DNA from: an uncultured virus (IMG/VR IMGVR_UViG_3300031998_000023)
Taxonomy: Duplodnaviria > Heunggongvirae > Uroviricota > Caudoviricetes
IMG/VR virus record: IMGVR_UViG_3300031998_000023
Direction: 5' to 3' (one strand)
DNA length: 63,167 nt
Of the stretch, positions 41,781-51,523 are shown piece by piece; position 1 is the stretch's first letter; each line of letters opens with the position of its first letter. The position numbers and the translations under genes were made by a program. The notes below the pieces were generated by a model. That model ran no database searches, had not been told where the DNA came from, and saw only the letters and a list, made by a program, of their open reading frames with translations.

Positions 41781-42593
41781 ATGAAAGTTAATTTTAAATA
41801 TAATGTTGGTGATACGGTATTACTGAAAAAGTTACCATCGTATCAAAACATGCAATACGGTAAGTATGTACTTGAAAGTGAATTTACGCCAAAAGAATAT
41901 AAAATTTCAAGATGTAAATGTACAATTAAAGCAAACAATATTGTAAATGTGGTTTACAATTTATACGCCTATTGTGATGAGTACATTCAATTTCATAATT
42001 GGATACCTGAAGAAGATTTGGAAGGAACGCCTAATGAGCATGAAGAAACTATTGAATTCATTTCCCACGATAAAGAACTGTTGTCAATTGGTGATACCGT
42101 AATAGCAGATGCCTTTTGGGGTGATTATGAAGATTCACATTTATCACCAAGTCTTACTTTCACGTATGTTGGTACAATTGTTGGATTTGAGTATGAAATA
42201 AATGAAGCAAAAAAGATTATAAGAACTGCCTTAGTCGAAAGGGGTGACGGAACTAACCATTTTGAATTTACTCCATATCTTGTGAAAAATATGGATGAAA
42301 AATTTGCATTTGAATACGTAAAGTTCTGTAAAAAAGAAAGATTCAATCCAATAAAAGAAGCAGAAAGAAAATATGGTGCAAACCATATAGTTTTACTACA
42401 AGGAATACATCTTTGGGGTACAGTTATTAACATGTACAACAATTGGAGTAAATATAGGGATGGCGGAAAGAAAAAATATTATCCAAGAAAGAGAAAACCG
42501 GCAGACCCATTAAAGGCTGACATAAAGAAACTGTTAAAGTCTTTGTCTAAAGAACAAAAAGAGGAATTGAAAAAACAATTACTTAAAGATTAA
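41781..42593 (+). CDS. hypothetical protein
   Basis: ORF in gene run. Confidence 0.75.
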   Translation: MKVNFKYNVGDTVLLKKLPSYQNMQYGKYVLESEFTPKEYKISRCKCTIKANNIVNVVYNLYAYCDEYIQFHNWIPEEDLEGTPNEHEETIEFISHDKELLSIGDTVIADAFWGDYEDSHLSPSLTFTYVGTIVGFEYEINEAKKIIRTALVERGDGTNHFEFTPYLVKNMDEKFAFEYVKFCKKERFNPIKEAERKYGANHIVLLQGIHLWGTVINMYNNWSKYRDGGKKKYYPRKRKPADPLKADIKKLLKSLSKEQKEELKKQLLKD

Positions 42594-42597
42594 TGAC

Positions 42598-42870
42598 ATG
42601 ACAAATATGGAAAAGTATTATATGTTACCTAAACACTTGATTAACAAGGATAATATTGATGTGTATTGTGATTGTAATTATACAGTACACGTAACATTTT
42701 CTCAAGAAATCAAGGATGAACTTGCTAAATGGCCCGAAGAAAAAATGAAAGACATTTTGGATGATGTAAAAACATCAGCAGAAAATGTTGGATTGCACAC
42801 TCCATATTCACTTGAAACAATGGAAATAATTTATGAGTCTATTGTATGCACATTGAATCAAATGTATTAA
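42598..42870 (+). CDS. hypothetical protein
   Basis: ORF in gene run. Confidence 0.65.
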   Translation: MTNMEKYYMLPKHLINKDNIDVYCDCNYTVHVTFSQEIKDELAKWPEEKMKDILDDVKTSAENVGLHTPYSLETMEIIYESIVCTLNQMY

Positions 42871-42887
42871 TTTAAATTTTAAACACA

Positions 42888-43739
42888 ATGGATAAAAAAG
42901 AATTAATCAAAGAAGTTATTGAAGATTTTACAGAAGAATTTCATAACAAACTCGAAGAAGAAAAACTAGAAGTGCCTGAAATCACAGATGATGATATTGA
43001 AAAGGTTATCAATGAATTTTTCAAAAAAGAAAACCTTACAGCAGCCGAAAGATATTTGTCTGATGTTCTTGATGAGTATGTAGAAGATACATACGAAAAG
43101 ATTAATTGGAGCCTTGATAGGGATGCTATTAAAGAAACAGATGAATATAAGGCATGGAGAAGGCACAGCGATGTTTCAGGAGTTTGGTATAAATGCCGTT
43201 ACGACTGCAATTTATCCAAAAATTGGGTAGAAGTAAATGGTAGGGCGCATACTGCTGAAGAGGCTGCTAAAATTGCAGCTGACAAATGGTGTGAACTTAT
43301 ATTTGGTTGGCATTTACAAGACAATGGCGCACTGAATGAAAGCCATGGTTGTGGATTTCCTGCTTGTGCCCTAGCTACAATCCTTGCTAATGATGCAAAA
43401 GCCGACATTACTGATGAAATGAAACAAAAAGCCCATGAATTATTCCAAGAATACTACAAGAGGCTTATCCATTTTGGAGAAACATATGACATGGATGACA
43501 TTGAATGGCTCAAAACAACATTGAAGAGCAAAAACAATGAATACGATTGGAAATACGGATTCAATATTGACATGTATTGTGATTATGACCCAAGTTGGGC
43601 CATTTACCTAATCCTCGAAAATGCAGGAATCCCTGAAAGAAAAATCCATAGTATTTGCCCATGGAAAACAGGTATCTCAATAAGACCTGAAGACTATGCC
43701 GTAATGTATAGAACTTATCAACATACAGATGAACTATGA
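42888..43739 (+). CDS. hypothetical protein
   Basis: QDNG, CDYDP, PWKT motifs. Confidence 0.75.
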   Translation: MDKKELIKEVIEDFTEEFHNKLEEEKLEVPEITDDDIEKVINEFFKKENLTAAERYLSDVLDEYVEDTYEKINWSLDRDAIKETDEYKAWRRHSDVSGVWYKCRYDCNLSKNWVEVNGRAHTAEEAAKIAADKWCELIFGWHLQDNGALNESHGCGFPACALATILANDAKADITDEMKQKAHELFQEYYKRLIHFGETYDMDDIEWLKTTLKSKNNEYDWKYGFNIDMYCDYDPSWAIYLILENAGIPERKIHSICPWKTGISIRPEDYAVMYRTYQHTDEL

Positions 43740-43887
43740 CCAATGAAGAAAAAAAAGGTATAGCAAACTGGTTCATACTTTATTGTAAAAGAAACAAAAT
43801 TAATAAGCCCACAAAAGATATTGTTGAAGACTTCATATCCACTTATTCAATTGATATTGACTGTGAGTATTTAATGAATGTCAAAAT

Positions 43888-44253
43888 ATGACGAAAGAAG
43901 AAGAAGATTTATTATCCAAAGACCTTTGTGCAAGATTAAAATACCATCCATTTATTAAGGGTAAAGAAGGCTATGCAATTAATGAAGGAAGACTTACAGG
44001 TGTTTTTACATCAGGAATTGTAATTATGACTGGTGGCGGCAGTCGGCATCATTATTTTTGGAAGGAAGCAAAACCGTATCTTCGTTCATTGTCAAAAATG
44101 ACTAAAGCAGAAAAAGAAGAACTATTCCAATTGATGGGTAATGGAACCGATGTGGAAAGAATTGATTTCTACAATGAACATCATCTTGATTACCGTGGAC
44201 TTATTAGAAAAAGAATTGCCCTTGAAGCACCAAAAGATATGTATAAATTATAA
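43888..44253 (+). CDS. hypothetical phage protein
   Basis: DLCARL..KPYLRSLSKMT..HHLDYRGLI...ALEAP. Confidence 0.75.
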   Translation: MTKEEEDLLSKDLCARLKYHPFIKGKEGYAINEGRLTGVFTSGIVIMTGGGSRHHYFWKEAKPYLRSLSKMTKAEKEELFQLMGNGTDVERIDFYNEHHLDYRGLIRKRIALEAPKDMYKL

Positions 44254-44256
44254 TAT

Positions 44257-44754
44257 ATGGATATTTTAAGCGTTATAGAAGAGTACGAAACTCTATTGAA
44301 AACAAAAGAGGATGTTGAAACTTATTTTGAAGAGCATCCTGAAGACTTAAAGGTATTGTTTATTGACAAATGCTTTATCATTAAAGGCTTTGATTATAGA
44401 ATATTCATGTACAAGGTAAAGCACGTTCTTACTGATTGTGGCCGACCTAAATATATCCAAGACTTTGAATTTGAACATGGATATAAACTCTACGATGTTG
44501 AGCATGAATTAACCGAACATTGCTCATACTGGGAAAAAATAATATATTCCATAAATAACTATAGATTCATGAAGACATCAAACCTTTATGACATATATAA
44601 ATCCATGGAAGAAGTAAGCGAAGAAAAATTCTTTGAGGAACTTGAAAAAGAAACCCATATTAAGAACATTAGAGAACTACCACATTTTAATAATCTAACA
44701 ACTGTTTTTGACGGAAACAAAGAAAATGACAATGAAAGATGGCCACTTAGTTAG
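44257..44754 (+). CDS. hypothetical protein
   Basis: ORF in gene run. Confidence 0.7.
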   Translation: MDILSVIEEYETLLKTKEDVETYFEEHPEDLKVLFIDKCFIIKGFDYRIFMYKVKHVLTDCGRPKYIQDFEFEHGYKLYDVEHELTEHCSYWEKIIYSINNYRFMKTSNLYDIYKSMEEVSEEKFFEELEKETHIKNIRELPHFNNLTTVFDGNKENDNERWPLS

Positions 44755-44756
44755 TT

Positions 44757-44771
44757 TGGCATGATTTTTGT
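44757..44771 (+). promoter_or_regulatory. class I sigma54-type promoter
   Basis: TGGCATGATTTTTGT. Confidence 0.7.
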
Positions 44772-44804
44772 ATATAATCAGTAAACAACATTAAAATCAT
44801 AATT

Positions 44805-45236
44805 ATGGATAAAAACACATACTATCTCGCACATCCAGAAAAATTGTTTGAAAACGAAGAAGACGAAACTTACTTCACACAAGCAGAAGTTTTACTTGGA
44901 ATGCTTCCAACGTTTTATAACCATAGGCTTGATAGAAATATGCTTATTGAAAACATTTGTGCAAAAACAAACAATTATTTGGATTTCACAAATGAAATTA
45001 TGAAAAGAATGCTTGTATATAACAAATACAATGAAATTCTTATTGAAGCAAAGTGCGAAAAAGATACCGAATTGTTGCGAGAAGAAATCAGATGTGAAGA
45101 ACAAGAGAAAGCAAATGAACGAGTACAAAATTATTGTGACCATCATTGGGGCTATAAAGAATGGGTTGACTCTTGTTACTATAAATGCACTTGTACAAAA
45201 TGTGGAAAGACTGAATATTTTTATGAAAGGGATTAA
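44805..45236 (+). CDS. hypothetical protein with C-terminal Zn ribbon
   Basis: CDHHW...CTKCGK. Confidence 0.7.
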   Translation: MDKNTYYLAHPEKLFENEEDETYFTQAEVLLGMLPTFYNHRLDRNMLIENICAKTNNYLDFTNEIMKRMLVYNKYNEILIEAKCEKDTELLREEIRCEEQEKANERVQNYCDHHWGYKEWVDSCYYKCTCTKCGKTEYFYERD

Positions 45237-45241
45237 AAGTC

Positions 45242-45256
45242 TGGCATGATTTTTGT
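45242..45256 (+). promoter_or_regulatory. class I sigma54-type promoter
   Basis: TGGCATGATTTTTGT. Confidence 0.7.
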
Positions 45257-45292
45257 ATAATAGTTCAATGTAATTAAAATTCTAAAAATAAA

Positions 45293-45655
45293 ATGAAAAG
45301 AGATTGTTGGATGGACCCTTATGGGAACATAACATATGTTGAAGAGTTCAAGCACGAAAAAGTTGCACAAGAGATTCTGAAAGATGAGTTTCCCATGGAT
45401 GGAAACAGACCAATTGATTTTGATGATTGGGAGGAGCGTGGATTTAGTGAGTGCTTCCAAGAAACTCTTGAGAAGAGAGGTTGGATAAGATTCTCCACCA
45501 CAATTGACAGATGGAGTTGTGAGCATATTATCGGATATGAGGATGATTATCCAAGACCAACAAAGGCTCAAATAGACAAAATGTATGAGCTTACAGGATT
45601 TTACTATTATGATGATTCTACGTATAGCAGATTCTTTAACTTTGACGAAATTTAA
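45293..45655 (+). CDS. hypothetical phage protein
   Basis: WMDPYG...H...LEKRGWIR..PTKAQ. Confidence 0.75.
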   Translation: MKRDCWMDPYGNITYVEEFKHEKVAQEILKDEFPMDGNRPIDFDDWEERGFSECFQETLEKRGWIRFSTTIDRWSCEHIIGYEDDYPRPTKAQIDKMYELTGFYYYDDSTYSRFFNFDEI

Positions 45656-45666
45656 ATTTTAATTAT

Positions 45667-46101
45667 ATGGAAAAGCCTATTAAAAATTGGAAATTATTGG
45701 AAAGCGGCATTAATGTTGTTGATGCCCTTAACGCTCTTGAAACCCAAACCTACAAGGGAAAAGAAGGTATCTATGCTATCAAAAGCGAAAATGGCCGATT
45801 TATCACTCCATTCAATTGTGATGCAAATAATTCCATGGACAAAGCGACCAAGATGTCAATTTTTGACATTAAAAGCCCATGGATGATTCTTGTACCTGAT
45901 GATGAGCGAGAAAAATTGACCAATGAAATGGCTCAACTATTGAAACGTTCAAATTGGACCGATTTAACATATCAACATATTGACCATCTTAATTTACCTA
46001 AAATGTGGGAATATGTCAGCGAAAAAATTGGTAGTGATGAAAAACTCATCTATAAAACCATGAAGTGGTTCTTTGGAAACGAAATCTACAAAAACAAATA
46101 A
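45667..46101 (+). CDS. hypothetical protein
   Basis: ORF in gene run. Confidence 0.7.
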   Translation: MEKPIKNWKLLESGINVVDALNALETQTYKGKEGIYAIKSENGRFITPFNCDANNSMDKATKMSIFDIKSPWMILVPDDEREKLTNEMAQLLKRSNWTDLTYQHIDHLNLPKMWEYVSEKIGSDEKLIYKTMKWFFGNEIYKNK

Positions 46102-46104
46102 TCC

Positions 46105-46440
46105 ATGATTACAAATTCTAATCACCTGTTCGTATCATACGATGAACTTGAAAGCCTTTTCAATGAGGCCCTTGAAATCGAAATCAAAGAATGGAAAGAA
46201 GAAAAAGAAAGATTCTTCAAAGACCCATTCAATAAGAAACAAAGAAACACTGGCAACTATATGCCAAACGCAATCTTTAGACTTTGGCTTACTATTCCAA
46301 AAAACCTTGTTACCACAGAAACATTCAATAAGTTGAAGAACGAAATTGAAAACGCTGGTTGGACCATCCATGACTACAGATGGAGAAAAGACGAAAGAAC
46401 TGAAGAAGACCAAATTTTTATCCATATCGAAAAAAAGTAA
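46105..46440 (+). CDS. hypothetical protein
   Basis: ORF in gene run. Confidence 0.7.
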   Translation: MITNSNHLFVSYDELESLFNEALEIEIKEWKEEKERFFKDPFNKKQRNTGNYMPNAIFRLWLTIPKNLVTTETFNKLKNEIENAGWTIHDYRWRKDERTEEDQIFIHIEKK

Positions 46441-46628
46441 AACCATGGAAACCGTATTTACATTAAGCATTATTGGTTGGATACTCACCTTTATTGGTTG
46501 GGGACTTAACCTTTCCAATATGAAAAATTACACAAAAACAAAAAACACAATTGCTATTATCAGTTTTAGCATTGGACTAATTTTGTTTGTAATTTCAATG
46601 ACTATTTGTTTCACAATGCTATAAACCC

Positions 46629-46964
46629 ATGAAAAGATTATATAAAGTCGAAGGAAGTAGTTTCTATGATTCAAGGTTTATCTGCATCATCCTTGCAGAT
46701 GAAATGCCACCACATCATTATGGTATTGGTGGAATGTTTGTTAGTAGAAGCGAAACTGACGAATACATGGAATGGAAAGAACTAATTAAAGACGTAATTG
46801 AAGATTACGAATACGATGGCTGTTGTAAAGTCAATCATATCTATGACTACACAATCCATGAACTGAACGTTGATTTTGGTAGAATCCAATTCGAAGCTGT
46901 AGGCTATAATGAAAATGATTATCTACCTATTGTCGTTTCTTTCGATAAATGGTATATTGAATAA
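46629..46964 (+). CDS. hypothetical protein
   Basis: ORF in gene run. Confidence 0.7.
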   Translation: MKRLYKVEGSSFYDSRFICIILADEMPPHHYGIGGMFVSRSETDEYMEWKELIKDVIEDYEYDGCCKVNHIYDYTIHELNVDFGRIQFEAVGYNENDYLPIVVSFDKWYIE

Positions 46965-46981
46965 CAAAATTTTTGGAACCC

Positions 46982-47287
46982 ATGAAAATAATTAATGCTT
47001 TAAAGAAACTCGGAGATAAGTTTTATTTAAATTTTAATGACTTTCTCAAAACAGGCGGTGGCTATACACTATTTGTCATCGCATTGGTAGCAATCGCAAT
47101 GGCCGTTGTATCGCACTATTACCTACTTGGATTTAACCTTGTGTGGTTCCTGTGCTTTGAATTGCCATTGTATATCTTTTGCGGTTGGGCCCTATGGAAA
47201 GCCCTCAGGATGTATAACCAAACCCTGGCCGATATAGAACAAAACGAAAAAGAACGTAACGAAAGAAAATCCCATGAAGTACATTAA
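46982..47287 (+). CDS. membrane protein
   Basis: 2 TM segments. Confidence 0.7.
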   Translation: MKIINALKKLGDKFYLNFNDFLKTGGGYTLFVIALVAIAMAVVSHYYLLGFNLVWFLCFELPLYIFCGWALWKALRMYNQTLADIEQNEKERNERKSHEVH

Positions 47288-47684
47288 ACGATTCCTCAAC
47301 ATCATTTCCATTATCCTAAAATTCTTCGGTAAATTACTTGCAATGTTAGGATATGTATTACTCGTTGCCATACACATTGTCTTGGCCATCTCAACTACAC
47401 CAATCGTTCTAATACTACATCTTTTAGAACTTGTCACTGTACGATTCTTCTATTACGTTGCAACAGGAAAGAAATACTCAGACACATACAATAAATTCGT
47501 TGACTTGTGGATTTGTACAATATGCCTCGAAAAACCAATCCTGAATAAAAAGAAACAAGAAGAATATTACCGTTTCCTATATAGTTTATTTGACCGTGAA
47601 AAATATTTGACTTATTTGGATTACAAATACGGAACCCTATGGGAAAATATACAAAGTATTGACCTTAAATTAAAATACGAATGA
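47274..47684 (+). CDS. YY.V.TG-family membrane protein
   Basis: RFFYYVATG. Confidence 0.7.
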   Translation: MKYIKRFLNIISIILKFFGKLLAMLGYVLLVAIHIVLAISTTPIVLILHLLELVTVRFFYYVATGKKYSDTYNKFVDLWICTICLEKPILNKKKQEEYYRFLYSLFDREKYLTYLDYKYGTLWENIQSIDLKLKYE

Positions 47685-47995
47685 ATAACTTTACAATACC
47701 AAAATACGTTAAAAGACTCCTGCAAGGTTCTATCTTACTTGATGAACCATATAGGATAAAAGTATTCTCCAATAATAAGGTCGGTGGAGAAAAAGGCTTC
47801 CTGAAGGAAATTGAAAAATTTCTTGAGTGGTGCAAAAGATGGTATGCCGATGCAACCATCATCGAAGATGGAATGTGGTATAAAAAATACCCAACAGCAC
47901 AGTCAGCCTATAACCACAACCACCATAACTATTTCATTCTGGAAATCACTGACCCCGTTATGCTAAAACTTGAAAAAGAGGGTATTGTAAAATAG
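47681..47995 (+). CDS. hypothetical protein
   Basis: Last gene of + arm. Confidence 0.7.
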   Translation: MNNFTIPKYVKRLLQGSILLDEPYRIKVFSNNKVGGEKGFLKEIEKFLEWCKRWYADATIIEDGMWYKKYPTAQSAYNHNHHNYFILEITDPVMLKLEKEGIVK

Positions 47996-48494
47996 TATAA
48001 AAGTAATATCATTTTGATAGCATTCTTATACACAAATTGTAATTTATATTTTCAGATGGGTTGTTTAATTTAAATTGCAATTTTATTTTAAGAGATTAAA
48101 AATGAGAAAGTTATAAGTGCCTGATAATCAGAACATTCGTAAAACACTGATAATCCGAGTGGTATAAAGTGGGAAAATGTGGAGTTTTTAGCACATTTCT
48201 CCCTCTTTTTTTTTGTACAAAATCGGGCATGAATCAAAATATAACTTTCGAATATTTTCTGCCTGAAAAATATGGATGATTTTTATTGGAATTTTTTTGC
48301 TTGGGCCCTGTGGGAAAAGTGCCAATCCATTTGTGGCTTGTGGGAATTTCAATTAAAATTTTTAATTTAGAAACAAACTAAATTACAATTACAATTAAAA
48401 TTTAGAATGGTTCTAAATAACTGTGGCTCATGGCATTAGTGTGGAAATCTATTTTGCACAAAAAATATTTAGACAAAATCGTCAGACACGATGG

Positions 48495-48614
48495 ATTATA
48501 ATTTTAATTAGAAATTTAAATTGTTAATTATAATTTTAATTATGGGATTAGGATTGTAATTATAATTTTAATTATTAATGCTGAGCAGGGCATGGGTGGA
48601 TTATAATTTTAATT
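48495..48614. repeat. four direct copies of ATTATAATTTTAATT in strand-convergence zone
   Basis: Copies at ~48495, 48527, 48559, 48600; another at 48964. Confidence 0.7.
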
Positions 48615-48659
48615 GTAAATAAAAAAGGGCCCTTGTGAGACCCTTGCTTAATTTTAATT

Positions 48660-48914
48660 TTAATTATCCTCTGTTTTATCAGGGGATTCTTCGACTTTAT
48701 TTGGCACGGTAGGAGAATTATCGTTAGAATACTTTCCGAATCCCTTGGCCTTGTCTATAAGACCTGCCGCTTGGATGAGGAAGAATATTGCTGCGAATAA
48801 GAGAATGAAGTTGAGCAATGCAGAAGCGAAAGCGGCTGTCACTGCGAAGTAGAAGCAAGCAATACTTGCCACAAAAAGTACGAATGTGAGTAAATCATTT
48901 AAAAATTTGTTCAT
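48660..48914 (-). CDS. small membrane protein
   Basis: 2 TM segments, charged tail. Confidence 0.7.
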   Translation of the reverse strand: MNKFLNDLLTFVLFVASIACFYFAVTAAFASALLNFILLFAAIFFLIQAAGLIDKAKGFGKYSNDNSPTVPNKVEESPDKTEDN

Positions 48915-49151
48915 ATAAAATTAAAATTAGATAATAATAAATAGTCGGTAGATATATTAAAAAATTATAATTTTAATTAAAAAAAATAAAGGGTATGCTG
49001 GAGTCTACTCTACTATTCGCTTTTTACGTGTTGGAGTCTACTCTCCTACTCACAGTTTTGCGTTCAGCCCCTGTGTGGCATTTGGCCATCCAATTGTTTA
49101 ATATGTTTCCGATATTACGGCGGTGACTTATTCATAACACTGCAATGTATA

Positions 49152-49166
49152 TCAAAAACCGTGCCA
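49152..49166 (-). promoter_or_regulatory. class I sigma54-type promoter
   Basis: TGGCACGGTTTTTGA on - strand. Confidence 0.75.
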
Positions 49167-49182
49167 AACTATGCAGGACCAG

Positions 49183-49196
49183 TACGCAATTGCGTA
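49183..49196. repeat. palindrome TACGCAATTGCGTA (copy 1 of 5)
   Basis: Also 52946, 53679, 54918, 60270. Confidence 0.8.
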
Positions 49197-49202
49197 TATT
49201 AT

Positions 49203-49237
49203 AAAAAAAAATTGGGCCCTTCTTGCGAAAGGCCCAC
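49203..49237 (-). terminator. intrinsic terminator
   Basis: TGGGCC hairpin followed by T run on - strand. Confidence 0.7.
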
Positions 49238-49274
49238 AAAAATAATAAAAAAAACTCATTACGTATGCTATGCG

Positions 49275-49505
49275 TTACATACCATGGTTTTCCATATACA
49301 CAAGGGAATCATAAATCTCATCTACGGGATTTGGCCCATTAGGTAAATTACAATCATGGATAATTGCATTTTTAATTTCAATATTTGTCCATGAATTTTT
49401 TCCTTTTTGTTTTTTAGTGAGCCCGATGGATTGTCCACCTTCAGTACGAATGATTTGGTTAATCATTTCGAGGGCTCTTTCTTTGGCTTGTTCTCTTGTG
49501 ACCAT
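49275..49505 (-). CDS. hypothetical protein
   Basis: ORF in - arm. Confidence 0.7.
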   Translation of the reverse strand: MVTREQAKERALEMINQIIRTEGGQSIGLTKKQKGKNSWTNIEIKNAIIHDCNLPNGPNPVDEIYDSLVYMENHGM

Positions 49506-49523
49506 TTTAATTTTAATTATTCT

Positions 49524-49964
49524 TTAGTGCGACAATTTTGATGAAAGTTCTTTGGCTTTTGCAAGATACCATTGCTCTTTGTTGAAGTCTTCCATGAGTT
49601 TCTTTTGCATGGCTTCCTTAGTATCATCTTCGGCAGGTTTTGTGCCCATGCGCATGCGATACTTATAGGCGGTCATTTTGCACCACTCCATGGTTGCTTT
49701 CGTACCCCAAATCTTTTCCATCATATCAACAACTTCTACATCGTAGTTGTTGTAATGCTTAGGATGGTTGACCATTTCATATTCGCCATTGTCATCTTTC
49801 TTAGTCATGTCCTTTGCTCTTCTTACTGACTGAACGAGTTGTTCAACTCTGTCAACCTTTTCAGATGGTTTTGATTCTGGTCTTGGACGGTGGATACATG
49901 AATTAGGACCATACTTGATACTTGTTTGTAATCTTCCGATTAATTCTGCTTCTTTATCATTCAT
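49524..49964 (-). CDS. DUF3310 (SaV-like) protein
   Basis: MVNHPKHY..EVVD..AYKYRMRMG.K..EDFNKEQWY. Confidence 0.85.
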   Translation of the reverse strand: MNDKEAELIGRLQTSIKYGPNSCIHRPRPESKPSEKVDRVEQLVQSVRRAKDMTKKDDNGEYEMVNHPKHYNNYDVEVVDMMEKIWGTKATMEWCKMTAYKYRMRMGTKPAEDDTKEAMQKKLMEDFNKEQWYLAKAKELSSKLSH

Positions 49965-49989
49965 AGCTATGTATAATTTTAATTGTTAT

Positions 49990-50301
49990 TTAAAAATCGA
50001 AATAATGTTCTTCCTGTAGGATAGCGCTGTCATCAGGCTTATCCTGATTACCGGGAACACTGTTAACTCTTTCGAGTTGGGTAATGCCATGGTCCTGTAC
50101 ATAATATACGTACCACAGTTCTCCATTGATGTCACAGGTATATCTGTGAATCTTACGCCAACCGAATTCAGTGTTAACTTTGATGGTCATCACATCGCTT
50201 GGTTCGACTTCGACTACAGAACCTTCGACCCCGCATCCACATTCACATCCTGTAAGGACCATGGTGAATGCTAATATTAATACAAATACAAGTTTTTTCA
50301 T
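49990..50301 (-). CDS. putative lipoprotein
   Basis: VLTGC lipobox. Confidence 0.75.
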   Translation of the reverse strand: MKKLVFVLILAFTMVLTGCECGCGVEGSVVEVEPSDVMTIKVNTEFGWRKIHRYTCDINGELWYVYYVQDHGITQLERVNSVPGNQDKPDDSAILQEEHYFDF

Positions 50302-50308
50302 AGTTTAT

Positions 50309-50337
50309 AATATACAAAAATTTTAATTAAACTTCAA
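50309..50337 (-). promoter_or_regulatory. class II (sigma70-like) promoter
   Basis: TTGAAG-N17-TATATT. Confidence 0.55.
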
Positions 50338-51223
50338 TTTTTTCAAGTAAAGATTTCAACCTGGCTTCAGCACCTTTCCTGAGTTGTCTGACTCTCTCAG
50401 ATGTTAAGTTAAGCGCCTCACCGATTTCGATGTTATTGCAAGGCTTATTGTAGTCGCCCATGCCATAAGCCATCTTAATGATTTGTGCCTCACGCTCAGG
50501 GAGCCTTGAAATTGCCTTGGCTACTTCGTAAGCGGTGTCACTCTTCCTGGTTTCGACTTCGTAGTCATTCTCAGTAGACGCATAGTCTGTGAAATCCTTG
50601 GACATCTCGAATGTGTAGTTATCGTCTTCAGAACCATCAGTGGTGTCTTCAATTCTTTCAATTGTGGCTCCATAAATGTCATTTCTGTCAGCGAGTTCGA
50701 TGCCATATTTCTCGAACAGGATGTCTTCCACTTCGAAGATAGTAGGCTTACGGCCCTGAGTTCTGTAGAATTCCTCTTCAATCTTCTTTACCTTAGGAGT
50801 AATCTTTGCATTGTTTGCAGGACGCACCACAAGGTTCTCATCATCCAGGAAGTGCTTGATTGCTCTACGGACGTAGTACTGTGCATACGTCATGAACTTA
50901 TTATCCTTGGTGATGTCGAAGTTGTCAAACGTCTCGTACATACCGATGGTTCCGACATTGATGAGTTCAAGCAGCATTCCATTGTCGCCATTGGAATAAC
51001 AGTTGGCTATGTCATAGAGGAATCTTTGATGTGACATCACAATCTTCTTCTTGATTTCAGTCTTCTCTGCTTCAGACGTACCATCGGCGTAGTACTTCAC
51101 AAGCAGGTCTCTCTCTTCCTCAGGAGAGATAGGTTTGCTCTTGGAGCCCTTGATGTCAGTCAAGTAGGCAACAACGAGGTCATCCTTTTTTCTGATTTTA
51201 TTGTAACTCTTCACATTAATCAT
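50327..51223 (-). CDS. phage-encoded sigma70-family RNA polymerase sigma factor (RpoD/RpoS-like, no region 1.1)
   Basis: YLTDI..PISPEEE (1.2), ELINVGTIG..FD..KFMTYAQYYVRRAI (2), LPEREAQII..EIGEALNLTSERVRQL (4.2). Confidence 0.92.
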   Translation of the reverse strand: MINVKSYNKIRKKDDLVVAYLTDIKGSKSKPISPEEERDLLVKYYADGTSEAEKTEIKKKIVMSHQRFLYDIANCYSNGDNGMLLELINVGTIGMYETFDNFDITKDNKFMTYAQYYVRRAIKHFLDDENLVVRPANNAKITPKVKKIEEEFYRTQGRKPTIFEVEDILFEKYGIELADRNDIYGATIERIEDTTDGSEDDNYTFEMSKDFTDYASTENDYEVETRKSDTAYEVAKAISRLPEREAQIIKMAYGMGDYNKPCNNIEIGEALNLTSERVRQLRKGAEARLKSLLEKIEV

Positions 51224-51241
51224 ATTATTAAAATTTTATTT

Positions 51242-51415
51242 TTAAGCTTCAGGAATGGTTTCTTCTTCGTAATTCTTAATTAACTTATCCAATTGTAAGT
51301 ACGTAAGATGGAAGCCTAATTCATAGACATTCTTCTTCAGACCTTCTTCATGTGCTTCCTTACAAGCATCTCTCCATTCCTTGAGTTCTTTAACTAAATT
51401 TTCTTCAGGTGTCAT
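51242..51415 (-). CDS. hypothetical protein (57 aa) upstream of sigma gene
   Basis: Read manually: MTPEENLVKELKEW... Confidence 0.65.
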   Translation of the reverse strand: MTPEENLVKELKEWRDACKEAHEEGLKKNVYELGFHLTYLQLDKLIKNYEEETIPEA

Positions 51416-51438
51416 AATTTTACTTTTTTCTTACCCTA

Positions 51439-51453
51439 TCAAATATCGTGCCA
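51439..51453 (-). promoter_or_regulatory. class I sigma54-type promoter heading the sigma70 operon
   Basis: TGGCACGATATTTGA. Confidence 0.75.
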
Positions 51454-51523
51454 GACTATTCGATTTGGCATTAAAATTTTAATTTGTTCATAATTTAATA
51501 TAGAATGAACACCACAATATTCA

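Noticed and set aside
212..47862. Numerous short - strand ORFs in the + arm
   Set aside because: All are antisense to well-formed + genes and lack promoters or leaders.
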